Origin: a virus
Taxonomy: Duplodnaviria; Caudoviricetes
Virus record (IMG/VR): IMGVR_UViG_3300043414_000013
Coordinates: 1 to 35,914 of that record
DNA: 35,914 bases
Strand: one strand, 5' to 3'
The position numbers and the translations under genes were made by a program. Positions within the stretch are counted from its first letter, which is position 1. Every line of letters starts with the position of its first letter. The notes under the pieces were generated by a model. It worked only from the letters and a program-made list of their open reading frames with translations, made no database searches and had not been told where the DNA came from. Below, piece after piece: positions 7,300 to 14,621 of this stretch.

Positions 7300-8136
7300 T
7301 TAATCCCCACAAAAGCACGCAATGGCTTCTTCATTTGGATCAAACATATCAACCTGATCTTTGGTGAATTGCATCATATTGGCATAACTTGGTCGATCAA
7401 TCCTAAAAATAGAACCTGATGGGTCTTTTGATAGTTTAAGTGACTCAAGGTTTGCCCACCAAATGGCTCGTTCTGGCTTTTCAGAAATCAAGGATAGGAT
7501 TTGAGGCAATGGCTTTAAGAAACACAAGTCGCAATTGCCGTGCATGGTAACGCCGCCCATGTTGGGTAAACCAAGGTCAAATGGCTGGGCTTTCCAAAAG
7601 TCACCAATCATTTCTTTTGTAACCCCAGCCGTCCAAAGAGGAATTCTTGACTTGTCGGCAATCTTTGCAGCACGGCGCTCCTCGTCTTTGCGGATGCCGA
7701 CCCAGCCAAACTTTTCAATTGCAGAGTACCCATAATCAGGGAAAATTCCAAGGGATTTAACAAACAACGCTTGGGCGCGTATCTTTAATTGGCCTGTGCA
7801 GTTCCGAGAAACTGGGTTTGGAAGTGTTTTGTATTTTTGAATCAGCGCCTCAAATGGCTCACCATTCCTGCTGGCGGTATCAAAGTTAACTATTTTGAAA
7901 CCCACATCGTCAAAGACGCGCTCAATCCAATGTATTTTGACCCCCCAATTAACTTCGCAGTCCCTAATAAACCGCAAGGTTGCCTCCTCCTCCTTGCCTG
8001 TGTTTTGGAAAGTGACAATGCAATCATCTGGCAAGCCGCCATTTGATTGAATGATTCTCCAAAGCATATACGCCGAGGTACGGCCCCCTGAGAAGCCAAT
8101 GCAAGTTGGCTCAATGATTTTGAATGGATCGCTCAT
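7300..8136 (-). CDS. PAPS-reductase-like PP-loop (adenine nucleotide alpha hydrolase) protein, possible DNA modification enzyme
   Basis: FSGGRTS PP-loop, FQNTGKE, C...LK, GIRKDEERR, GNCDLCFLK and terminal CFCGD. Confidence 0.85.
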   Translation of the reverse strand: MSDPFKIIEPTCIGFSGGRTSAYMLWRIIQSNGGLPDDCIVTFQNTGKEEEATLRFIRDCEVNWGVKIHWIERVFDDVGFKIVNFDTASRNGEPFEALIQKYKTLPNPVSRNCTGQLKIRAQALFVKSLGIFPDYGYSAIEKFGWVGIRKDEERRAAKIADKSRIPLWTAGVTKEMIGDFWKAQPFDLGLPNMGGVTMHGNCDLCFLKPLPQILSLISEKPERAIWWANLESLKLSKDPSGSIFRIDRPSYANMMQFTKDQVDMFDPNEEAIACFCGD

Positions 8137-10175
8137 TCCGCAGCCTTTTCTACCTTTGGCACAGTTCGGTACAACTCATTACGGAAAACAACCATCTCTT
8201 TTTTGGATAACCCGTCTACCGATTCTTTGAACCTTCTGGCATTTATGCCATGCCCCTTGGCTGATTCACGCCACTCATCGTAGTTGGCAGAAACGTCCAT
8301 TCCGTCCATGCCATCGGTCTGTTTCTTGAGTTCAATGGCAACTAGGCAGTTCAAGGCAATCAACTGGTTGCCTGGCAGCACGGTGCGCTTCTGAACACTG
8401 CTCACCAGCCCGCTGATGTCTACGCTGGTCAGGTACGCACCCTTCACCGGCAGGTTGTGCTTGTCTAGAATTGGCAGATCCACCTGCGTGATCTGGAAGT
8501 TCTTGGCCGCTGGCATCTCGGCATCCTTCATCTTCTTGCTTTCAAACTGGATGGTCTTGGAGCCTGAGTCAAGCTGGCACTTGTACTCTGCATCCAGCGC
8601 GCCTTTGAGTGCCGTACTTCCACGGCTGCGGTCTTTGTCCATGGCGCCGCTGTGGTGTACTACTAGGACGCAGCAACGGTAGTCCTGCCGCAGGTAGGTA
8701 TCAAGGTGCTGGATAAACGAATTCATGTCTTGAGTTGAATTCTCATCGCCACCCATGTTCCGAGCCAAGGTGTCAATCACAATCATGGATGGAATATGCC
8801 CGCACTCGGCGCTCAGAGTCTTAATAGACTGCGCCACTAGCGCGGCCTCTGTCGCGTCGTATAGCTGCGCTGCACGGTGGCTCTTGAACAATGGTGCGCC
8901 GGTCAGGCTTACGCCGTTGCCGAGTTCCCAGCCCTTGAAACGCCTCGCCAACCCGTTGTGGCCCTCGCCTGCTATGTAGAACACTGCCCCCCTTTGTACT
9001 TGGTGCCCGTGCCATGCTGTGCCTGTTGCTATGCAGCAGGCTATGTCAATACTGACAAAAGACTTACCGCCGCCTGGATCTCCGAAGACCTGCGCCAAGC
9101 TGTCTGCCTCAATGTAGTCATCCACGATCCACTTGATCTCTGTCAATTGCAAGCTGTCAGCACGGCTGAACTCAAACTGCAACTTCTCACGCACTGGCCC
9201 TGCTACGCGCTCAATCTGGTCTTTGACAGCATCCAAGCCCTGCAGGCAGTGCAGGTCGTTGAAGTCCGTTGGTTTGTTGTCAGTCATGTCAGATTCGCTG
9301 AAACTAGGATAGACAATCTCGCCAAAGACCAATGCCGCCGCTGCACGGCCCTTAGTCACGCCAGGGTTGCCATCCGTGAACTGGTCATTATCCGCGCCAA
9401 TCACAATGCGACTGCCAGGGAACATCTCCTTTGCCGCCTTGGCTACCTTGGCTAAGTTCCCACAGTCAAACGCCACCATGACCGTGTAACCCGTCGCCTC
9501 ATGGATACTGGCGCAGGTTGCAAAGCCCTCGCCAATGAAGATGATCTTGCGATTACCGCGCAACTCAAAGAACCCGCCCTCAATCTTGCCGCCCTTCAGG
9601 AACCGCTTATTGCCTTCTGCGTCAATCGTTTGGTAACTCAAGATCTCACCATGCTGGTCAATCACCGGCACCACCAGCCGCCCCGCACGGTCAATCTTGA
9701 TCCCGTGTGGCTCTATGTGCTTGCGAATCAAGTACGGATGGTCAGCGCTCGCATCCGCATAGGTGCTAACCTCATCCTCTGCCTTCTCAGCAGCTACCGC
9801 TTGGCTTGCTACCCTGTCAGCCTCCTTCTTAGCCTTGAGGTCATTCATCCACTTATCATGCTCAAAGCGCTCAGTAAATGACATGGCCCTGCCAGTGTCA
9901 GCTATCCACTTGGCCTCAAACGTCGGCTCCTTCCAGCAGCCTGCAATGCCCACCGGCACCTTACCGCTGGTGTGCAAGATGTACCAACCATCCAGCGCAT
10001 TCTTCTTGCTGGAGATGTGCGCCACCCTGTGGATCTCGCCATCAGCAATGATCTCCTTGATCAATAGACCTGAAGCCTCACAATGCGCCCTGAACGCCGC
10101 CTCTGGATTAACCAGGTCTTGGCTCTCTGTTGCTGCGGCGAAGCCGTTGGGGAAGATGTTTGTTAAGGATGTCAT
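8133..10175 (-). CDS. Primase-helicase (TOPRIM + RepA/AAA_25-type helicase)
   Basis: HPYL..K, IGEGFAT and GADND TOPRIM motifs; GDPGGGKS Walker A, IVIDTL Walker B, VVHHSG, RGSTAL. Confidence 0.93.
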   Translation of the reverse strand: MTSLTNIFPNGFAAATESQDLVNPEAAFRAHCEASGLLIKEIIADGEIHRVAHISSKKNALDGWYILHTSGKVPVGIAGCWKEPTFEAKWIADTGRAMSFTERFEHDKWMNDLKAKKEADRVASQAVAAEKAEDEVSTYADASADHPYLIRKHIEPHGIKIDRAGRLVVPVIDQHGEILSYQTIDAEGNKRFLKGGKIEGGFFELRGNRKIIFIGEGFATCASIHEATGYTVMVAFDCGNLAKVAKAAKEMFPGSRIVIGADNDQFTDGNPGVTKGRAAAALVFGEIVYPSFSESDMTDNKPTDFNDLHCLQGLDAVKDQIERVAGPVREKLQFEFSRADSLQLTEIKWIVDDYIEADSLAQVFGDPGGGKSFVSIDIACCIATGTAWHGHQVQRGAVFYIAGEGHNGLARRFKGWELGNGVSLTGAPLFKSHRAAQLYDATEAALVAQSIKTLSAECGHIPSMIVIDTLARNMGGDENSTQDMNSFIQHLDTYLRQDYRCCVLVVHHSGAMDKDRSRGSTALKGALDAEYKCQLDSGSKTIQFESKKMKDAEMPAAKNFQITQVDLPILDKHNLPVKGAYLTSVDISGLVSSVQKRTVLPGNQLIALNCLVAIELKKQTDGMDGMDVSANYDEWRESAKGHGINARRFKESVDGLSKKEMVVFRNELYRTVPKVEKAAE

Positions 10176-11005
10176 TTAATTTCTTTCACTGAGTATTCTC
10201 CAAGCACTTGCTGCACAGAGTGGGACTTGTCCATTTCCAATGGCTTTAAGTCTGTCCACCCTAGCGGCCACCCCATCAGCCACTCTACCCACGTTGGGTT
10301 CAATTGCCCACTGGTCGGATGTACCGATTGACTTAGCGATATTTGCTTGCCAATGTCCACCCTTCTCTGCACCGATGGGTTGCTCATGTTGCCCCTGTCC
10401 CTGCAGTCTGAGGCTTGGGGCGTTGGGAATTTCTTCGCATGAGTCGGCAAATCGTGCTCCAATCCTTTCATACTTCGCCCACTGCTTCCCTTCCAATCTC
10501 TTGCCTGAGGTGTTGGTATTCTTTCCAACAATCCATATCCTGTCCCTCTGGTGTTTTGCTCCAACGTCCGCTGCTCCCAGCACTCCCCATCTCGCATCAA
10601 ACCCCATTGCGGCCAAGTCTCCAAGAACGGTTCCAAGTCCTCGACCAGTGAGCATTGGTGAGTTTTCCACAAACGCGAATCGAGGTCGTACTTCGTGAAT
10701 GATGCGCGCCATTTCTCGCCACATCCCGCTGCGCTCTCCGTCAATTCCTGCGCCTCGTCCTGCTGAACTAATGTCTTGGCATGGAAACCCTCCCGATACA
10801 ACGTCAACAATTCCTCTCCACGGTTTTCCGTCAAAGGTTTGAACGTCATCCCAAATCGGGAAAGTCGGGAGAAGACCGTCATTTTGTCGGGCGCACAGTA
10901 CGCTTGCTGGGTACGGTTCCCACTCAACGGCACAGACGGTTCGCCATCCAAGCAAATGTCCACCGAGTATTCCTCCACCAGCGCCTGCGAAAAGAGCCAA
11001 CTCAT
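10172..11005 (-). CDS. C5 DNA methyltransferase beta-like polypeptide (TRD + motif IX) in an alternative frame
   Basis: 277-aa frame fully overlapping the MTase, with PTPQA(R/S)D repeats and GQLNPTWVEWLMGWPLGWTD. Its stop overlaps the primase ATG (ATGA). True start uncertain. Confidence 0.8.
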   Translation of the reverse strand: MSWLFSQALVEEYSVDICLDGEPSVPLSGNRTQQAYCAPDKMTVFSRLSRFGMTFKPLTENRGEELLTLYREGFHAKTLVQQDEAQELTESAAGCGEKWRASFTKYDLDSRLWKTHQCSLVEDLEPFLETWPQWGLMRDGECWEQRTLEQNTRGTGYGLLERIPTPQARDWKGSSGRSMKGLEHDLPTHAKKFPTPQASDCRDRGNMSNPSVQRRVDIGKQISLSQSVHPTSGQLNPTWVEWLMGWPLGWTDLKPLEMDKSHSVQQVLGEYSVKEIK

Positions 11006-11009
11006 TCAC
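10176..11009 (-). CDS. DNA (cytosine-5) methyltransferase, alpha-like polypeptide
   Basis: Motif I LFAGAGG, IV GGFPCQDIS, VI ENS, VIII HQRDRIW and X RLKAIGNGQVP. No motif IX in this frame. Confidence 0.93.
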   Translation of the reverse strand: MNELALFAGAGGGILGGHLLGWRTVCAVEWEPYPASVLCARQNDGLLPTFPIWDDVQTFDGKPWRGIVDVVSGGFPCQDISSAGRGAGIDGERSGMWREMARIIHEVRPRFAFVENSPMLTGRGLGTVLGDLAAMGFDARWGVLGAADVGAKHQRDRIWIVGKNTNTSGKRLEGKQWAKYERIGARFADSCEEIPNAPSLRLQGQGQHEQPIGAEKGGHWQANIAKSIGTSDQWAIEPNVGRVADGVAARVDRLKAIGNGQVPLCAASAWRILSERN

Positions 11010-11221
11010 GCTGCCCCCACCAACTCAGGCCAAATATCAGCCCAAGAAGTGGTACAGACCATCTTGCGTGTCACCGCACCCTCGCTGGCCTGCTCAATCC
11101 TGACTGCCTCTGCTGCTGACATCTCACGCCTGCCGGTAAGGCACTGGTAAATGTACTGCTCATTCATGCCGACCTTTTCCGCTAGGCGTCGGCGCTCCTC
11201 TGGGGTGATTTGTGGGTTCAT
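11006..11221 (-). CDS. Cro/YdaS-like HTH regulator
   Basis: 71 aa, RRLAEKVG...YIYQCLTGRR...A.RIE..S.G.V....IWPEL. First gene of the leftward operon. Confidence 0.85.
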   Translation of the reverse strand: MNPQITPEERRRLAEKVGMNEQYIYQCLTGRREMSAAEAVRIEQASEGAVTRKMVCTTSWADIWPELVGAA

Positions 11222-11232
11222 AGGCTATAGAG

Positions 11233-11249
11233 TCTAGCAGGTTGCTATA
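11233..11249. promoter_or_regulatory. Operator O1 TCTAGCA-GGT-TGCTATA over the probable leftward promoter
   Basis: One mismatch to TCTAGCA-N3-TGCTAGA. Overlaps a minus-strand TAGACT -10-like hexamer (11231-11236). Confidence 0.7.
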
Positions 11250-11267
11250 GCTTGAACATCTAGGTGC

Positions 11268-11284
11268 AAACCCTATTAGGGTTT
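11268..11284. promoter_or_regulatory. Palindrome AAACCCTA-T-TAGGGTTT between the divergent promoters
   Basis: Perfect 8-bp arms. Confidence 0.5.
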
Positions 11285-11301
11285 AAAGTTTGAAATAGTT
11301 G

Positions 11302-11331
11302 TTGACGTAGTCTAGCAATCTGCTAGATAAT
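11302..11331 (+). promoter_or_regulatory. Rightward sigma70-like promoter with operator O2 in the spacer
   Basis: TTGACG (11302-11307), N18, GATAAT (11326-11331). Perfect palindrome TCTAGCA-ATC-TGCTAGA at 11311-11327. Confidence 0.75.
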
Positions 11332-11388
11332 TCAGCTATGCCACGAAATTGTTCATGGCACCACGCCGAAAGGCCGAAAGGAAATCAG

Positions 11389-11526
11389 ATGACCGATTCT
11401 CAAGTAATCGCCTCCGTAATTCGTTACCTGCAAGCAGAAGCAGGCGCTGGCGCAATCTCAGCAAACGTCTATCTGCCAAGTGGCAAAAACGTAGTTGTTT
11501 ACGTTGATGGCCGAGTCCAATACTAA
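11389..11526 (+). CDS. Hypothetical early protein, 45 aa (MTDSQVIASV...)
   Basis: ATG 11389 after an AAAGGA RBS. First gene of the rightward operon. Confidence 0.7.
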   Translation: MTDSQVIASVIRYLQAEAGAGAISANVYLPSGKNVVVYVDGRVQY

Positions 11527-11533
11527 ATCAATC

Positions 11534-11547
11534 GGGGCTACGGCCCC
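11534..11547 (+). other. GGGGC-TACG-GCCCC UNCG-tetraloop hairpin
   Basis: Intergenic stem-loop without a U-tract, same stem as the late-region hairpins. Confidence 0.6.
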
Positions 11548-11559
11548 CGAAAGCAAACC

Positions 11560-11643
11560 ATGAACAAACTCTACGACATCCTCTTTGCCACCGCCATCGG
11601 CGTAGCCCTTGCCGCAGTCCTTGTCTACGGGTGGCCGCTATGA
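11560..11643 (+). CDS. Single-TM peptide, 27 aa (MNKLYDILFATAIGVALAAVLVYGWPL)
   Basis: Translated by hand. ATGA overlap with the next gene. Confidence 0.65.
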   Translation: MNKLYDILFATAIGVALAAVLVYGWPL

Positions 11644-11900
11644 CCGACAAATGCCTCGCCCCACCCTGCCCAGATGGCATGGCCGAGTTCAACATCTTCA
11701 TTGAAGGTGTATGGCTGGTCTGCCACTTTGAGTACGAGCCTGCTGAACGTGGCTACGATTACGAACCGGCCACTGACCTGCTGCTTACCCTGCAAAGCGC
11801 CTACGTCCACGGCGTAGACATTGCCCACCTGTTGCTTGAAAGCATTGCGGTGGAAATCGAAAACTTAGCCCTGATTGAACTGGAGAACCAAGATGATTGA
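11640..11900 (+). CDS. Hypothetical acidic protein
   Basis: ATG 11640 coupled to the upstream stop; EYEPAERG...EPA motif. Confidence 0.75.
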   Translation: MTDKCLAPPCPDGMAEFNIFIEGVWLVCHFEYEPAERGYDYEPATDLLLTLQSAYVHGVDIAHLLLESIAVEIENLALIELENQDD

Positions 11901-12258
11901 CAAACTAATTGCAGAGCTACGCGCTGCCAAATCTGACGAAAACGCTGCCAAGGCTGAACGCATCCGGCTGGAAGGCTTGATTGAAGCCCAGTTTGCTAAG
12001 CCTGACGGCGGCGAAGGCACCCACAACGACGAAGAATTCAAGATCACTTGGAAGCTGAACCGCACCGTGGACACCTCCAAGGTGCAGGACGCTTGGGACG
12101 GCCTGTTCAAGAACGCACAGCGCGCATTCCGCTGGAAGGCAGAAGTAGATCTGTCCCACCTGCGAGCGCTCAACGAACTGGACGCCGTTGCCTACGCCCA
12201 AGCAGCAGAGTTCATCACCAGCAAACCCGCAAAACCCTCAATCGAACTGAAAGACTGA
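11893..12258 (+). CDS. Conserved phage protein upstream of the Sak4-like ATPase
   Basis: ATG 11893 after GGAG; N-terminal coiled coil; ends FITSKPAKPSIELKD. Confidence 0.8.
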   Translation: MIDKLIAELRAAKSDENAAKAERIRLEGLIEAQFAKPDGGEGTHNDEEFKITWKLNRTVDTSKVQDAWDGLFKNAQRAFRWKAEVDLSHLRALNELDAVAYAQAAEFITSKPAKPSIELKD

Positions 12259-12259
12259 C

Positions 12260-13006
12260 ATGGCATTTAACCTCGCATCCATCTCCAAGACCCGCCGCAT
12301 CCGTAGCCCTAAGATCGTTGTGGTCGGCCAGGGCAAGATTGGTAAGACTACCTTTGCAGCTATGGCGCCCAACGCCATTGGCATTCTGACCGAAGACGGC
12401 GCTGACATGGTCAACGCCAACGCATTCCCCTTGGCATCTAGCCTCGGTGATGTGTACGCCGCCATTGACACGCTGATCAACGAGGTGCATGACTTCCAGA
12501 CCCTGTTCATTGACTCTCTTGACTGGCTTGAGCCTATGGTGCAAGACCATGTCTGCAAGCAGAACAACTGGAAGAACATCGAGCAGCCTGGCTTTGGCAA
12601 GGGCTACGTTGCAGCCGCTGAAGAATGGCGCAACCTGCTGTCTGGTTTGGAAGTCCTGCGCGGCGAAAAGGGCATGGGCATCATCCTCATCGCCCACGAC
12701 AAGATCAAGCGCATTGAAGATCCGCTGACCGAGGGCTTTGACAGCCATGTCTTGAAACTCCATGACCGCGCTGGCGCCTTGGTGTCCGAATGGGCTGATG
12801 TTATTGGTTACGCTGGCTACCGAATCTTTACCAGCAAGACCGACGCTGGTTTTGGCAACAAAGAAACCAAGGCCACCACCACGGGTGAGCGCATCCTGCA
12901 CGTTGAACCTCACCCAGCACATTGCGGTGGTAACCGCTTTGGCCTCACCAATATGCCGCTTGACTGGGCGGCATTCCAAGCTGCGCTAACTGTGGCGCAG
13001 TCTTGA
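12260..13006 (+). CDS. AAA_24 / Sak4-like ATPase (recombinase)
   Basis: GQGKIGKTT Walker A, TLFIDSLDWLE Walker B, GFGKGY, ILIAH, EWADVIGY. Confidence 0.88.
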   Translation: MAFNLASISKTRRIRSPKIVVVGQGKIGKTTFAAMAPNAIGILTEDGADMVNANAFPLASSLGDVYAAIDTLINEVHDFQTLFIDSLDWLEPMVQDHVCKQNNWKNIEQPGFGKGYVAAAEEWRNLLSGLEVLRGEKGMGIILIAHDKIKRIEDPLTEGFDSHVLKLHDRAGALVSEWADVIGYAGYRIFTSKTDAGFGNKETKATTTGERILHVEPHPAHCGGNRFGLTNMPLDWAAFQAALTVAQS

Positions 13007-13038
13007 TCAACCAGTCCGTAAACTTCTGAAAGAACCAA

Positions 13039-13533
13039 ATGGCTCAATTCCACTTTGACGCATCTACCGTCGCCCCCCAAGCATCCACCGGCCCAGTGCC
13101 CGCAGGAACCTATCTCGCCCAGATCATGGAGTCTGATGTTGCACCGCTGAAATCTGGCAAAGGCACTGGCCTCAAACTCACGTTTGAGATCATTGACGGC
13201 CAGTACAAAGGTCGCCGCATTTGGGAAAACCTTAACATCCAGCATGAGAACGACGAAACCCAGCGCATCGCCCAGTCCCAACTGTCAGCGCTGTGCCATG
13301 CCGTGAACGTGATCAAGCTGCAAGACACCGCCGCGCTGCACCACAAGCCGGTCAACCTCCGTGTGGTTGTGCGTGAGGCACAAGGCCAATGGCAAGCAAG
13401 CAACAACGTAAAAGGCTATGAGTCTGCCGGTGGCCCTGTGCCTGCGTTCTCGGCACCAGTCCAAACCGTAGCGCCAGAGGCAATTCCCTCGCCGCTGACT
13501 GGCAAAGCACCCGCCTGGGCAAAGCGCAGCTAA
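13039..13533 (+). CDS. DUF669-like single-stranded DNA-binding protein
   Basis: PVPAGTY, LKLTFEIIDGQYKGRRIWENL, NNVKGY and PAW tail; follows the Sak4-like gene. Confidence 0.8.
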   Translation: MAQFHFDASTVAPQASTGPVPAGTYLAQIMESDVAPLKSGKGTGLKLTFEIIDGQYKGRRIWENLNIQHENDETQRIAQSQLSALCHAVNVIKLQDTAALHHKPVNLRVVVREAQGQWQASNNVKGYESAGGPVPAFSAPVQTVAPEAIPSPLTGKAPAWAKRS

Positions 13534-13535
13534 TC

Positions 13536-14621
13536 ATGGCTGCACTTCCACCCTCAGTCGTGGATCCTGTGGCCGACGCCATCTTTGCCCATTACAAAGC
13601 AAAGTTTGGTGCCGAGCCACAGCGACCCTACCTTGGTGCCAGCGCAATCGGCAAGCCCTGCCTGCGCCAGCACTGGTATTCCTTCCGCTGGTCAAAGCCA
13701 GCGGAGTTCCCTGGCCGCATCCACCGTGTCTTCCAGTCCGGCCACCTGCAAGAGCCAAGGGTCTACGCCGACCTGCAAGCCATTGGCTGTGTGGTGTACG
13801 ACATTGATCCAAACACCGGCAACCAGTTCAGTTGGAACGAGCCAGAAACTAACGGCCACTTTCGCGGCAACGCCGACGGCATCATTACTAACTTGCCACA
13901 GGCACCCAAGACGCCGCACATCTTGGAGATCAAGACTGCCAGCGACAAGATGTTTAAGATCATGCAGAAGGATGGAGTTAAGAAGGCCAAGCCTGAACAC
14001 TACGCGCAGATGATGATCTACATGCACTGGAGCATTGCCCAGTTCAAAGAAGATGGTTGCACCCGCGCCTTCTACATTGTCGTTAATAAGGATAACGACG
14101 ACATTTACACCGAGCGCATAGAGTACGACAAGGCAGAGGCCACAGCCATTGTGGACAAGGCCATCAAAGTAATCCAGTCACCCGAGCCGCCGGTGGGCAT
14201 TAGCACAGACCCGACATGGTACGAGTGCAAGTTCTGCGACTACCACAGCATCTGCCACGGCACCGACGTACCCGCACCGACCTGCCGGTCATGCGCCCAC
14301 GCCACGCCGGAGATGGAAGGCGCTATGGCCCGCTGGAGTTGTGCATCGAGTCATCAGGACATTACCATTGACACCCAGCGCGTCGGGTGCGAAAGCCACC
14401 GCTACATCCCTATCCTGCTGGAGAAGTTTGCCCAGCCGGTGGACATGGTTGACACTGCCGTTGTGTACCAAATGTCTGACAAGCAGTTTGTAAACGGCGA
14501 CCCAGGCGCTGACTCTACCTACCTTTCCAGCGCGGAGATCCATGCCTGCAAGGACAAGACGGCACTAACTGACATTGTTGCAACATCGCTGCGCTTGCGG
14601 CACGAGGCGAGGTTTGTATGA
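13536..14621 (+). CDS. Cas4-like PD-(D/E)XK exonuclease with Fe-S/Zn cysteines
   Basis: RPYLGASAIGKPC.R..WY, GNADG, LEIKT, HYAQM, CKFCDYHSIC, CRSCAH. Confidence 0.85.
   Translation: MAALPPSVVDPVADAIFAHYKAKFGAEPQRPYLGASAIGKPCLRQHWYSFRWSKPAEFPGRIHRVFQSGHLQEPRVYADLQAIGCVVYDIDPNTGNQFSWNEPETNGHFRGNADGIITNLPQAPKTPHILEIKTASDKMFKIMQKDGVKKAKPEHYAQMMIYMHWSIAQFKEDGCTRAFYIVVNKDNDDIYTERIEYDKAEATAIVDKAIKVIQSPEPPVGISTDPTWYECKFCDYHSICHGTDVPAPTCRSCAHATPEMEGAMARWSCASSHQDITIDTQRVGCESHRYIPILLEKFAQPVDMVDTAVVYQMSDKQFVNGDPGADSTYLSSAEIHACKDKTALTDIVATSLRLRHEARFV

Noticed and set aside
7059-7419. Several short ORFs (YRNVPK/VRFGT repeats) and the long N-terminus of 6731..7186
   Set aside because: They are translations of the stop-poor iteron array.
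7300-8136. cysH auxiliary metabolic gene
   Set aside because: Lacks the canonical C-terminal ECGLH motif and has no sulfur pathway neighbours; the context is DNA replication and modification.
12215-12979. 254-aa minus-strand ORF (likewise 14519..15202)
   Set aside because: Antisense shadows of the ATPase and helicase genes caused by codon bias.
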